A stretch of DNA of 64,000 bases, from the NCBI RefSeq assembly GCF_009914755.1, contig NC_060928.1, one strand, 5' to 3'. The notes under the pieces were generated by a model. That model worked only from the letters and a program-made list of their open reading frames with translations. It was not told where the DNA came from and ran no database searches. The stretch comes from the human T2T-CHM13v2.0 reference genome, Homo sapiens. Within the stretch, counting starts at the first letter, position 1. Each line of letters starts with the position of its first letter. This document shows, piece after piece, positions 11,341-25,748 of the stretch. The translations under genes were made by a program, and so were the position numbers.

Positions 11341-14300
11341 AAACATTTGTGTTAATCTATTATTTCTAAATTACGAAGCTCAATTCTTTTAGATTTTGTT
11401 TTATACACTATAGTATTTAATATCTAATAAAGAACATTTAAAATTACCTAGATCAGGTCATATGAAGTTTGAACATAATAATGACATTTTGGAGTTTAAT
11501 TCTGACACTCAAGAACAATGGTTTCAAGGGGTCATTTTCCAACTAAGTGTTTCTTAAGTGAACTCTGAGGAAGAAAAGAAACAATAGTAAATTATATAAA
11601 ATGATATAGCTAATTTCAATTTTAAAAGTTGACAGCATGTCCTAAAACTTCTGAATCATCCATTCAAAACTATTACTTATCCTATGAAGATTAATTATAT
11701 CTCAAATATTTTTTATACTTATGCTTCCATAGGAGTATCTTACATATGCAAATAACCTAGAACTAGGAAATTACCTATACTTTTTATGTAATTTGGAGAG
11801 AATGCTCCGTTTCATTCTTGGCAAGCATGAACAAGAAGCTAAGTTAAATCCATTGCTTCATGGTAATTCCATCAAAGTGTATGCTGTGTATATTCTCTAA
11901 CCCTGTGGAATGAACAGAATAACATAAATATACATAGTCTTAAAACATTTGAGCAAAGTGTAGAGGGCTGGAGAAAATGAACCATGTGGATTTCTGGGAG
12001 AAGGCCATTTTATGCTTAGGAATAACCAATGCTAAGGCCATGAAGCAAGAGGTCAGGAGCAAATCAGAAAGTTTGACAATAGTAGAAAATATTCTGATAA
12101 TTATCTTAAAGAACACATTTTTTTTTAATACTAAACAAAGGAAATTCACTTTCACACTTATAGTTTTTGTCAGTGGGAAGGTTTTGAAATTGTATGAATT
12201 CTAACTGACTCTAGAGGTTAGATAGTATTCATCTCCTTTCCCCATAGATGTCTGGCTTTCTCAAGTTTGTCTAAAATGTAATATACATATTCAAAATGCA
12301 GTAGTCAATCTCTCTTCTGGCCACTATGTTCATTGAGAGAGAAATTACTAAACCAACATTCCCAAGTTTGGAGAAAAACTACTTTTCTTTTCTCTCTGGA
12401 GAGAGAGCAGGAGACTCACCACCTCACAATATCTACTACCAATGCACAAGGAAGACTCAAGTTGATTTTAAATGACATTTAGTATTAATCTATATGCATT
12501 GTGTCATTTATTTTTTAAATGTATACATTTGGAAAAGCAATGAGTAGCCAGTGTTGATTAAACAAGTAGTGGCTCAATATAATATTTCCCATTTTAACAT
12601 TTTAAACCTTAGTCCCAAATAACATTAACTTCTGCCAAAAAATCTGCAACATTAGGAAAATTCAGAAAATAGCAAATGCAGAGTCTATTCCTTCTCATTT
12701 TCCAAGTCATTGTCTATGTCATGGCTTTTTCATTTTCAGAATAAGTACTTTTTTTAGAAGATTATACATTTAGCAATTCGTAGTGTATTTTGAGTTACAT
12801 TTTGTAAGATTTTTCTCTTGTTCATTTTAAAAATGGTTAGTTGCATAATGGTTTAAAACTTATAATCTGAAAATTTGTTTTACAGTATTTGAGATACACT
12901 TATAAAAAATGTAATTTCAACTCTTATTTTACAGAAGTTGCAAAGTTCCAAAGGTTATGAAAAAAATAATGTAAATTTGAGACTCCCCTCCTTTTTCCAA
13001 ATAAATAAACTTTCTATAAAAATATGTACAATTTTTACAGACATACATTTACAAGTTTTTTGTCTTAAAAATTGAGGACATTTCATATTTGTAACTGTTT
13101 ATTTAGCCTTAAGTCAAGTATTCTTGGCCATTACTAGGCTAATTAACTAAGAATCACTGAAACTACCTCAAAGTAGAAAAGGTATAAAAATCCTGACCAC
13201 TAGGACTATTTTTTTTTTCTATTTTTCAAAAAGTGTACCTGGGAAAGCTAATAATGAGAGAAAAAGCTTATCTTCACACTCTGCTGTATGGTACTGACAC
13301 TTTTAGTGATAGTTATATTACTTGTAGCCTTAATCCTTTTTACACAGGTCACTGGCATTGTTAGTGCTTCTCTTTTAACACCATAGGGAATTAATTATTA
13401 GGTCAGCATATTTAATGAGTTCTGTAAGTAGCCTCACTATTGGCCACTCTCCTGTTCTCAAGAAGGAAATTAAGTCTTTCCACCCTACCATCTTCACTAA
13501 ATCTGAAAATCTTCCTCCATGGATTCTCAAACAACGTTTGCTTGTTGAAACTGAAATTTGCCTTTTTCAGACAGTGACTCTTCAATCAAAGGGGAGTACT
13601 TTTTCCATGTATTTGTTCCTATTTGCTATAATCCTCTTGCCACTTGCTTTCCTGTCTAGGTTGCTACAGGAAAACTCTTGGATTTTATAGCCTAGGCAAT
13701 TTGAAGTCAAACTTCATAAATACATTTGATTTCACAGATAGTATGTGGTTTTGGTAGCTGTTGCCAGTTAAAAGTCAACTATTGCACTTACAAGCCTATC
13801 TTATTAAATATGCCAAACCAGATTCTACTCTAGCAACACCTGCAAAAGCCAGCAACACATTTCTGATGCTGCCTTCTAGGTCTACAGAGAAGAACCCCAC
13901 AGACCCATCTTAGCCTCAGGTTTGACTAGCCAGTCCTGTTTTGTCCTTACAAGAACATCTGCATTACTTTCTGTTAATGGTTTAATGCAGCTTTCTTGGT
14001 TAAATATATACTTTTTTTTCTACCAGATAAGTCACCAAGTTGTTATATTTTTATTCATAACCTTTTAGTCAATTTGGGCACTAATAATTCTTAGCCTGAA
14101 GAAAATTCTTTTAATATGTCTTCCTTTAATTCTAAGTCATAAACTACTTTTGTTTATATTGTATACTCTACTCACTCAGCTACTATTTAATTCTCAAAGT
14201 TGAAAAACTTCTAAATGTGGGATTCCGTGGTAAGTGCTACTATGATATATTCGAGTAAATGCAATGCAGAGAGAAATCTATAATAACATATAGAAACACC

Positions 14301-14378
14301 AGAATATAATTTATATAGATGAAAAAACTATATTGTGGCTTAGACTATAAAAGGTAAGTTGCACTTGATAAAAATGCA

Positions 14379-14496
14379 TGTGGAATAGGAACAATTCTAA
14401 GTTGATTCCCCAAATCTCTGCACTCTGGTGTACATGTACTGCATCATTCTTAAGGATACAAATGTGATGGATTTCTCTCTCCTGGTTAATAATTAG
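14379..14496 (+). mobile_element. MLT1E-like LTR, 5' part (split by THE1B)
   Basis: tgtggaataggaacaattctaagttgattcccc start; continues after 16742. Confidence 0.6.
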
Positions 14497-14849
14497 TGAT
14501 ATGGTTTGGCTCTGTGTCCCCACCCAAATCTCACTTTGAATTGTAATAACCCCCATGTGTCATAGGAGGGACCTGGTGGGAGGTAATTGAATAATGGTTT
14601 TTTTTCCTGTGCTGGTCTCATGATAGTGAATAAGTTCATGAGATCTGATGGTTTTATAAAGAGGAGTTCCCCTGCATATGCTTCCTTGACTGCTTCCATG
14701 TAAGATGTGTCTTGCTTCCCCTTCACCTTCTCCTGTGATTGTAAGCCTTCCCAGCCATGTGGATCTGTGAGTCAATTAAACCTCCTCCCTTTATAAATTA
14801 CCCAGTCTCTGTCATGTCTTTATTAGCAGCATGAGAACAGACTAATACA
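14497..14849 (+). mobile_element. THE1B 5' LTR
   Basis: tgatatggtttggctctgtgtccccacccaaatctc...ggagttcccctgc...tattagcagcatgagaacagactaataca; preceded by TSD attag (14492-14496). Confidence 0.9.
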
Positions 14850-16384
14850 GTAAATTGGTACCAGGAGTGAGGTGCTGCTGTAAAGATACCTGAAAATGTG
14901 GAAGCGACTTTGGAACTGGGCAACAGGCAGAGGTTGCAATAGTTTGGAGAGCTAAGAAGAAGATAGGAAAATGTGGGAAAGTTTGGAACTTCCTAGAGAC
15001 TCGTTAAATGGCTTTGACGAAAATGCTGATAGTGATATAGACAATAAATTACAGGCTGAGGTGGTCTCAGAAAAATATGAGGAAATTGTTGGGGACTAGA
15101 GTGAAGTTCACTCTTGCTATCCTATGTAGGGGCATTTTGCCCCTGCCCTAGAGTTCTGTGGAACTTTGAACATGAGAGAGATGATTTAGGGTATCAGATG
15201 AAAGAAATTTCTAAGTGACAAAGTGTTCAAGAGGAAGCAAAGCATAAAAGTTTGAAAAATTTGCAGCCTCACGATGCAGTAGAAAAGAAAATCCCATTTT
15301 CTGTGGAGAAATTCAAGCCTGCTGCAGAAATTTGCATAAGCAACAAGGAGAAGAATGTTAATCACCAGTAAAATGGGGAAAATGTCTGCAGAGCATGTCA
15401 GAGACCTTGATGGCAGCCCCTCTCATTACAGTCCTGGAGGCCTAAGAGGCAAAAATGGATCAGTGGGTCAGGTACAGGGTCCCCCTGCTGGGTGCAACCT
15501 AGGGACTTGGTGCCCTGTGTCTCAGCTGCTCCAGCCATGGCTAAGAGGTGCCAAGGTACAGGTTGTGCCGTGGCTTCTGAAGGTGCAAGCCCCAAGCCTT
15601 GGAAGCTTCCATGTGGTTTTGGGCCTCTGGGGGCACAGAAGAAAAAACTGAGGTTTGGGAACCTCTGCCTAGCTTTCAGAGGATGTATGCTAATGCACAG
15701 ATGTCCAGGCAGAAGTGTTCTGCAGGGGTGGGGCCCTCATAGAGAACCTCTGCTAGGGCAGTGCTAAAAGAAAATGTGGGGTTGGAGCCCCCACACAGAG
15801 TCCCCACTGGGGCACTGCCTAGTAGGGTTGTGAAAAGAGGGCCACCATCCTCCAGACCCCACAATGGTAGATCCACTGACAGCTTGCACATGCTCCTGAA
15901 AAGCCACAGACACTCAACGCCAGCTGTAAAAGCAGCTAGGAGTGGGGAGGTACCCTGCAAAACTACACGGGTGGAGATGCCCAAGGTCATGGAAACCCAC
16001 TTCTTTCATCAGCATGACCTGGATGTGAGACATGGAGTCAGAGGAGATCATTTTGGAGTTTTAAGTTTTGACTGCCCCACTGGATTTCAGACTTGCGTGG
16101 GGCCTGTAGCCCCTTGGTTTTGGCCAATTTCTCCCATTTGGAATGGGAACATTTATCCAATGCCTGTACTACCATCTACCATTGTATCTAGAAAGTAACC
16201 AATTTGCTTTTGATTTTATAGGCTCATGGGTGGAAGGGACTTGTCTTGTTTCAGATGAGACTTTGGATCATGGACTTTTGAGTTAATGCTGAAATGAGTT
16301 AAGACTTTGAAGGACTGTTGGGGAGGCATGATTGCTTTTGAAATGTGAGGACATGAGGCTTTTGGTGGGGGGCCAGGGGTAAAA
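14850..16384 (+). mobile_element. THE1-int MaLR internal region
   Basis: Starts gtaaattggtaccaggagtg; typical THE1-int text (gaaaatgtggaagcgactttggaactggg; cagagtccccactggggcactgcctagt); ends with a G-rich polypurine-like tract. Confidence 0.92.
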
Positions 16385-16742
16385 TAATATGGTTTGGCTC
16401 TGTGTCCCCACCAAATCTCACCTTGAATTGTAATAATTTCCGTGTGTCATGGGAGGGTCCCAGTGGGAGGTAATTGAATCATGGGGGCAATTTTTTTGCC
16501 ATGCTGTTCTCATGATAGTGAATAAGTCTCATGAGATCTGATGGTTTTACAAAGGGGAGATCCCCTGCACATGTTCACTTGCCTACTGCCACATAAGATG
16601 TGTCTTTTTTCCTCTTCACCTTCTTCCATGCTTGCAAGGCCTCCCTAGTCATGTGAACTGTGAGTCAATTAAACCTCTTTCCTTTATAAATTACTCAACC
16701 TCGAGTATGTCGTTATTAGCAGCATGAGAACATACTAATACA
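16385..16742 (+). mobile_element. THE1B 3' LTR
   Basis: Second LTR copy, taatatggtttggctctgtg...catactaataca; followed by atcag (TSD, 4/5 match to attag). Confidence 0.9.
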
Positions 16743-17298
16743 ATCAGTTTATGCAATATGGCACACACAGCTAATTTTAAGACAGGGAGATTATCATGGA
16801 TGAACCCGACCTAATTATGCTAGCCACTAACTGCAGAGAGTTTAGTTAGGGTGGTTGCAGAGAAAGAAATGTGAGTGATACATTCCAGGTAGCCTAGAGG
16901 AAAGAAAACCTCCATCTCACAAACTCTTCAAACTCTTCGTGGGGGCTATGTGACAAGAAATATGCAGCCTCTAGAACTGAGAGTGGCCTTTTGGCTGACA
17001 ACCAGCAAGGAAATGGGAACCTCAGTGCTACCACTACAAGGAACTGAATCCTTCCACAACCATGTAACTTGGAAAAGGATCCTGAGCTCCAGGTAAGAAC
17101 TGCAACTGGATGATACCTTGAGTTTAGCCTTGTGGGTTCCTGAACAGAGAATCTGGTCAAGTCATGTTTGGACTTCTTACCAAAGAACCATGAGATAATA
17201 GATGGATAAATTTTTAAAAATACGTAATTATTATTTATTATTAGTGTTTACTTTTTGCATGCAAGTTATATACAAATGCAACAATAGAAAATGAATGC
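16743..17298 (+). mobile_element. MLT1E-like LTR, 3' part
   Basis: ctgacaaccagcaaggaaatgggaacctcagtgctaccactacaaggaactgaatcc; end gcaacaatagaaaatgaat. Confidence 0.75.
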
Positions 17299-17399
17299 CC
17301 ATATTGAACAATAGAAAAGTATATTAAAAAAGTTTGAAAGTCTTCCTTTAATGATACTTCAATGCCTACTTTTCTCCATGGAGTTAAGCAATGTTAGTA

Positions 17400-18150
17400 A
17401 AGTCCATCTATTTTATAACTTTATATACACATTTATATGCTTACATTTTTTAAAAAAAGAAAAATGGGATCAAACTAAGAGTTTTTCTATAATTGAGCTG
17501 TTCACCCAAGTGTTATTGAGACCTTTCTATGTCAGTATGTAGAGATCTACCCCATTCATTTTAATGGCAGCACAACATTCTGTAGAAAGAAAACATTTTG
17601 TAATTTATTTAAGCACACCTCCTTTCTTCCTGGCTCCCACCCTACTCCCAAGGTTAAACCCAGTGTATTGGGTTTTACTTTGTATAGAGTTTTCTTAATA
17701 TAAACACTTGACAATAAATATGGTTACAAAGAGATTTGGGACATACTTAAGAAAACTTATTTGGGATGGATTTGAAGGAGTGCGGGATCAAAGCATATGC
17801 CCATTAAAGATTGTAACAAATACTACCACGTTGCCTTACAAAATAATTCATATGTTTATACTTCCATCAACAGTCAGTGATGCCTTCTCACACAACTTCA
17901 TCAACATTTAGAGTTCATAATCTTTTAATTTTTGCTAATCAGATTGGTGAAAAATGTTATTTGATTTTAATTTGAAAATCTTTGAAATTTTTACTGGTCC
18001 TTTAGATGTATTTATGGTTTTGCCTTTTACCTTTCTGGGTCATGTGTAATATAAACGTGTAATTTTCACGAGATCAAATCTTTTACTCTTTTTATATATG
18101 GCATCTGTGTGTTGTTTCTCTAGTTTTAAAATGCCATTTGCTATGGCAAC
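17400..18150 (-). mobile_element. Old L1M fragments
   Basis: Diverged antisense L1 motifs (cttccatcaacagt; tttttgctaatcagattggtgaaaaatg). Confidence 0.5.
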
Positions 18151-18242
18151 ATTAGAAAATAAAATAAAAGAGAAAGTTGAGGTTATTAAGCACAATGAAT
18201 TCTCACTGAAGTCTAGTGGCTTTCCAAAGGCAGGGTGCGTTT

Positions 18243-18714
18243 TAAAAATTTTTATTTTTAATTGTGGTTAAAAATAGATAATGTAAAATTTACCATCTTC
18301 ATCATTTTAAAATGTATAGTTCAATATTTGTATTGTCATATAACGACTCTCCAGAAATTCTGTCTTGGAAAGTTGAAACTCTACTTATTAAACAATAAAT
18401 CATCATTTCCTCCCCTCCCCTAATCCTCTGTCAACCACCATTCTACTTCCTGTTTCTGTGAATTTGACTACGCTAGCTACTTAATATAAATGGAATCAGA
18501 GAGTATTTGTTTTTGTGACTGGCTTGTTTCACTTAACATAATCTCTTCAAGTATTATTCTGTAGCATGTGTCAGAATGTCCTTCTCTTTTAAGGCTGAAT
18601 AATAGTCCATTGCATAAGTATAACAATTTTTTTTATTCATTCATCTGTTTATGAACATTTGTGTTTCTTCTACCTCTTAGCTATCATAAATAGGACTAGT
18701 GTGAACATGAGTGT
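18243..18714 (-). mobile_element. L1MB-type 3' end
   Basis: aaaatttaccatc...caaccaccattctacttcctgtttctgtgaatttgactac...ttttaaggctgaataatagtccattg. Confidence 0.85.
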
Positions 18715-19183
18715 AGGGAGAATATTTTAAGCCACTGAACTTGTAGTATTCTATTACACAGCACTGGAAAACTAATAAACTTGGTTTTACTTTTTTTAAT
18801 GGCTTCATTAACACAACTAAATTTATTAATCAAGATGTACAACAAAAAGTGTGTAAAGTAACAAATGCATGTGGTAAAATCTTACTAGATATTATAACTA
18901 AGGAATGGAACTACATGATAGCTAACATAATAAAGTATTTTTAAGAGTACTTGGAAAAATATTTTACTGTGGAAGAGTAATAAACGTGCTCTAAAACAAC
19001 GTAAATGACTATAGGGATACAATTACATTTTGAAAATCACACTAAGATCAAAACGAAATAAAACTCTATAGCTACTCACTAGTCATCAGAATAGGAGAGA
19101 GAAATGCAATATGAAATTAACTGGTCGAAATGATTCATAGTCTATATCACCATGTCTATTTTCTGTTTGAAATAATCATGTTA

Positions 19184-19476
<293 letters not shown>

Positions 19477-21002
19477 AATCATGTTATAATTTTCACTTGA
19501 ATTATACTTCTTATATTTTTGTTTAAATAATTAAGCTAAGGCACATAATTAATATTTTAGTGTGCTATATGGGTTCTTCAACTTGAGCCTTCCACCTAGA
19601 GAACTGTGAAACAGGTATGACACATGAAACCCAACATCTTGGTATTTTCATTTAAAATAACATATTGGAATATTACTAACTTGAACATTTGAATTATAAC
19701 TTTTTCACACATAAAAATAGGAATTTCTAGTTTTATGATCATTTTAAACCACACTAAAATAGTCTATAATATTTAGGGCATGTAAGTGCTCTTCCATGAA
19801 TTTATGGCTATTTGCTCTCATTTACCACTCAGCTTTAGGACCCTAAGGGTTCTATATTCTGTTTCCTACATAAATTTTCCTTCATGACCTGCCTCTTTTC
19901 TTTTCTTTCTTACTTGATTCCGCTGCCTGCAAAGAAAAAAAAAATTGCAATTTGAAAAAAGGCACTTTAAACACTAAAAATGATTGAACTTTTCTCTGTT
20001 TTGTCTATGTACCCTGTGTATTGTCAACCACCCAATCAACTACTCAGTTTTAATATCTAATTGCCTGTCTTAGCACATACTTAAGTCTTCATTTACATCC
20101 TTGCTTTAGTATAAACACTGTTTCACAACCTCTATTATTTATGCCAGAAGAAATTTGGTCCATCTATCAAAGACAAAAAAGACAAAATGTTATTTCTGAT
20201 TCGGAACTGATAGTTATAGCTTCTCTTTCCTCTGGGATGCCATAACAATCTGTATTTTTCAAAAATTCAATCCTTTATCCTATAAACATGGCAGGGATCT
20301 TGAATAAATATAGAGTACAGGGAATAAACCTAAGTATAGAAATAAATGGGTTAATGAAAAGAAAAACGTGGAGGAAAAAAATTGTCTATTTGATACAGAC
20401 TTCCTTTTGTTTTTTCCATCTTTTCATGTAATGAAATGTGAGTGCATATTGTGAAGGAAACAACCAATATATATAGCAAATATCAAGACGTAAGCTATAT
20501 ACACATTTATTTTGAAAATGAATTAACTGGTTAATTCTGAATGCAATTTTTTGGTGATTTGTTTAAGAAAACAAAATAGTAAATGTAATATAAGCTACTA
20601 AGATTAATCAGCATGTGTTTGCTTCAAGTAGTCATAGCTCCTTCTGAAATGTCTTTTAAATGTCAATATCAGTTAAACAGACTTTGTAGGAATCTGGTTG
20701 CTGGGGAGAATTTATGAAAATTTTTGCTATCCTGTTTCTTGAAGAATCTTATCATGTGTCTTCTCTCTGGTGGAAATAAACTGGGAGTCCTTTCCTTAAT
20801 ATGGCGTATTTTCAAAGGTTCAAAAGCATAAGTGTAGTAGTCTACATTCTGTCACACTGAAATCATGGATGTCACTAAGTTATCCCAATTTTCATATCTA
20901 ACTTTTCTCTGAAAAACTTTTATTTTTAAAAATTTCTTTCTAAAACTATGTTATTTATAAAATATTATATGGCTACCCTCTTACTTATATAATGTATACA
21001 TG

Positions 21003-22015
21003 TATTTATTCATCTAATATGTATTTATTGAACTCTTCCTGTAATACAGAGATTGTTCAAAGCCCTGGTGAGATCATGGTGGACAAGGAAGGTCCTGTCA
21101 TCAAGAAACACACATCTATTGGAGAGTTAGCCAACAAATACATGAATAATACAATGTGAAGTAGTGGTAGCTTTACAAAAACAAAACAGGGAAAGGCAAG
21201 GAGATATGAAATCTTGAGGATGCAATGAGAAGGAATCTTTTAAATAAGGTGGCCAGAAGTGGTTAACATGAAGGAATGAATTTGAGCCAAGGCCTAAATG
21301 AATTAAAAAGGTAGCCACTGGGGAATGCTGTGGAGGGAGGACACAGTTATCACGTGGCCAGTGTTCTAATCAGAATAACTAAGGCAGAGTACCATAGACC
21401 AGGTGAGAGATACAGGTAAGGGAGACGTGTCACATCTGGATACAAAACAGTATTTGATGTTTTTTCTTTTTCGTAGATATTTTGGACAGTTTTGAACAGG
21501 AAAGATGTTAATCTCATTAGCGTCTTTGAAAGATCACTCTACTTACAATATGGAGAACTAACTGTGGGAGAGTAGAAATGGAAACAGAGAAATCTGTCAG
21601 GAGGTTTTGCAATATTTTAGCTAAAATGTTGGTAGTTTAAACTGCAGTAGCAGCAATAGATTATCTCACCGAGGATATATGTTAAATGAGTCAGCAAGCC
21701 TTGCTGATTGATTGGGTGCAAGAAATAGAATTTATAGATGACAAATAGATTTTCGCCAGAACAACCAACTGAATTATTTATTAGATGGTGGAGAGAGAAA
21801 AGAGTATGTTCAGGTTTAGGAGGAAATCAGGAGACTTGTTTCAGGCATAATCAGTTTGAGATGCTTATTAGGTATCCAAATGCAGATGTCAAATAGGTAT
21901 TTTGATGTAAGAGTATGGTGGTTATGGGAGAAATCACAGTTGGAGATATTTAATGTAGACAGGGCTTAAAGATACGGGGCTAGATGAGAGCATTTTGAGT
22001 GAGGATGGCACAGAG
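21003..22015 (-). mobile_element. L2a-like LINE 3' portion
   Basis: atttattcatc...tatttattgaac start; gaaagatcactct; tttgagatgcttattaggtatccaaatgcagatgtcaaatagg. Confidence 0.8.
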
Positions 22016-22449
22016 AAGCAATTAAATTATTTGATAGTTCTGTGTACTTATTATAATTATGTAAAATTTATATAAAAATAAAAGATAAAACAGAAAAATA
22101 TCACCAAATAGTTGGACTGTGCAGAGGTTAGGTTTATTTTCCAAAGTTTATGTAATGTGGTTATGTTAAATTTATTATTTACAAATGCATATTTTGGTAA
22201 TCTTTCAAGCTTGTTATAAGCCCAACATTTTCTTTGTTTTTTTTTTTTCACATTTTAGGGAGAAATAAAGTGTGTTACAGAAAAAATGAATGAATCTGGA
22301 ATAGATAATTTAGCGCTAAGGTTCCTGACATTGTCCTTATCTAAATATTATTTGTCAATCCCAGATCAGTGTTTTCTAGGGGCATGCTTAATTGTTCTAA
22401 AATTTTAAACAAGAGCATTAATATATTTGGTAACAATCATTCTATTCAA

Positions 22450-22997
22450 TTAACGATTACACTGGGTTGAATTTTTTCATGAGAAAAGCTGCAAACTACT
22501 TTTCCCAAATTCTCCTCTATTGTATCTTTCTTAGAGTTGATCAGAAAAGAATTTGTGTGAGGTTTGAAGAGAGGGTCTTGAAGGTTTTTATGACCAGATA
22601 CACTGACAGGGAAGTGTAGAACTGTTGTTCAGTATATTTCACCTTGACCTCACTCTTCTGTCTGCATCCTGCTTTCTTCTTAAATGCTGGACCTCCTGAC
22701 CATCAACAGCCTCATCTCCACCATGAGATGCTTGGCTAGGGACCCACAATGCTAGTGACTCCATAGTCCATTATTTTAATCGACCTCACCATGATATCCC
22801 ATTTTCCCCTCCCCACATTTGTCACTTGATATACTTGGCTTAGGCTTGTCACCTTGCTTCAGAGAGCTCCTTTGACACTCCAGATCTCCCAAAGCTTTAC
22901 TCTTCTACCTCCTCCCATAATTGTTCCTTATAATAAATTCCTTAATTCATAATGCTCATAGTGTCTCTGTTTCCCTGACTGAGCACTGACTGACGCA
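22450..22997 (+). mobile_element. ERVL-class solo LTR (LTR33-like)
   Basis: 3' end tataataaattcctt...ctcatagtgtctctgtttccctgactgagcactgactgacgca; subfamily uncertain. Confidence 0.6.
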
Positions 22998-23297
22998 GAA
23001 GCTATCATTCACTGTGCTGCTTTTACTACTCAACTTTCCCCTTTGGTTCATGTTAAAATTTAAATTTTAAGCAATTATTCTCATTCTCAAATTGTGACGA
23101 GAAACAAAATAAAATCTAATAGTATAATTTTATATTTTGGTGATACGTGTTTTTTCTTTTAACTACTATTTTTCATAACATTAAATAAGCTGAAAAATAC
23201 ATCAATAGTTGAAAAATAAATCAGAATTGATAAATGTTAAAATTCATTTAGAACAAAAGTAAAATTTTTCCAAGAGTAAAGTTAAATAAAATACATG

Positions 23298-23662
23298 TGA
23301 TATGGTTTGGCTCTATGTCCCCACTTAAATCTCATCTCAAATTGTATTTCCCACGTTGAGGGAGGGAGATGATTGAATCACGGGGGGCAGTTTCCTTCAT
23401 GCTGTTCTTGTGATAGTGAGTGAGTTCTCACGAGATCGTCTGGTTTTATAAGCATCTGGCATTTCCTCTGCTTGCACTCACTCCCCCCACCACCCACCGC
23501 TTTGCAAAGTAGATGCCTGCTTCCCCTTTGCCTTCTGCCATGATGTAAATCTCCTGAGTCCTCCCTAGCCATGAAGAACTGTAAGTCAATGAAACCTCTT
23601 TCCTTTGTAAATTACCCAGTGTTGGTTATTTCTTTATAGCAGTGTGAAAATGAACTAATTCA
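23298..23662 (+). mobile_element. THE1D-like solo LTR
   Basis: tgatatggtttggctc...gtgatagtgagtgagttctcacgagatc...gaactaattca; TSD acatg/atatg. Confidence 0.88.
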
Positions 23663-25748
23663 ATATGATATTAAATAGTACTTGTTCGACATGCCATATA
23701 TACCATTATTTATATTGTTGGGTGTGCATGTCACTGTGGACTCATGTATGTGTTTGAAAATGTAGTCTGTTGTAAATTTGATCCAACCAAGATCTTTAGT
23801 AGCCATCTTTTAGGATATAATATGGTCAGTAAAAGGTTTCTGGAACCATGCTAATACAAACTCACAATTTAAAATTATTCATTTAATAATGGCAACAATT
23901 TTCTCATAAGCACAAAAATTTCATAATATAAAAAGCTTCAAGTTCATATTGTTTATTTTTTCCAAATGCTTTTTGAAATTAAATAAAATTACCATTTAAT
24001 ATAAACTAACTCTAATAAAGATTAAACTTACATACTGTTGTAAAAGTAAAAAAATGGGTTGAGTTTCTATAATATCAAGAGAATGCACAGTGATGATTTA
24101 TCTCTTTCAGGGTTAATATTTTCACATAGCAAAATATTATATTTGACTAGAAGACTGCTAGCTGAAGTTTTACTATCAACAGTTCTTACCTATTTTTCTT
24201 TATTTTTCTTCATGTTTTCTTAAATTAAAAACAGAATTAGGAAAATCCCATCACAAATTTACATTGTAGAAATGTCAGCTTCACCTCATTATATAAATAC
24301 CTATAGATTATGTTTCTAAATTGTCTTATAATATACTATGCATATTATCCACATTTTTAAAACTGTAAAATATAATGATGGATAATAACATCATTTTTAT
24401 TACTTATACCTACATATATTTAAGAATAAACATATACATTCTGAATAATTTCAATGTCCCTAATAGACCTGCAAGCAGTGTTGAGAGTGATCACTCCATA
24501 ATTCACAAGAGATCCAATAGGTTGTTTCAGTCATTTTACTTTCAGTCATTTTGCTTTCCAAATGTCACTTAAAATTTTCAAAGGAAAACCAAAAAATTAA
24601 ATGTAAAATGGATACAAATAGATCTATATTTCATTATATGTTTAAAAATGTACTCTGCCATAGTCATGTTTTCCTTCTGAGAGTAGGGAACTCCTCACTC
24701 TTATTTAGTCAACATTAAACAATTTGAGCTTTTCTAAATGAAACGGATAGGGGAACCTATGATTTCCAGTATACGGTTTTTACTGGATGATACTGTGTAA
24801 TGTTATGCCACATATTCAGACTTTAATTTAATTAGATACGTTTATAAGAAAATGTCATTTTCATAGAACAGGGAGAACTGGAAGTTGACACCTTAAGTAT
24901 CCCGTGACATAAGAAATTCAAACTTGTTTGTAGCAGACTTAAATATGCTCTAATTCATATATTTGGGTATGTAACCTGATCATATAAGCAATATTCTAGG
25001 CATCACATTTTAATTCTCATGCAGTAATAATATACAAAAACTTTTAGTAAGATACTAAAAATTTAATATTCATGCAATAGTAATATACTAGTAATATACT
25101 AGAAATGATGAAAATTCTTTTTTAAAAATATTGAAAGACATGTATTTTTCCTCTACTATCTTGAAGTAACTGGATTTTGTTTTCATCAATATATTTCTTC
25201 TTGAATGAACTAAGGTAATGTATTTCCATTCTATTTTTTGAATTTAACTACTTAGCTTCTGTTAGTATTCAACCCAAGGTAGTGTTGAGGCAATTAATAG
25301 TAAACTATTTTTGAAATTCAAAAATTATCAAGTAGTATAGTAAACTAATTCATTTAAAAATAAATTTTTAGTAGATATGTTGTTTTATGTTAAGGCTGTT
25401 GAAGAATAATTTTAAATTAAAAGGTAAAACAACACATTGTTGAAATTCTGGTCAAGGGACAATGTAAAATAATTACCATAATGTAAGATGCACATTTTTT
25501 GAGAGAGCATGTAATTATGTTTTCAATTTTTCCCTTGTGGTTTTCATTGCTATATCATATATGGTGATATTTTAACATTATCTGATAGTCACAAAATTCA
25601 GACAGAGCTGAGGTTGCATTTCTGAGACATCACAAATAAAATGTAATATAAGTGAAGAGGTAATCTATTGTGAAAAATCTGAAAAAAGAAAACAGCTCTA
25701 ATTATAATACAAAGACTGAAACGTTTGCCAAAATTGGAAATGATACTG

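Noticed and set aside
13415-13745. 91-aa ORF and possible splice sites in unique DNA
   Set aside because: No recognisable domain and a weak donor; compatible with chance.
15355-16198. Overlapping ORFs up to 145 aa
   Set aside because: Fragments within the decayed THE1 internal region; no intact reading frame.
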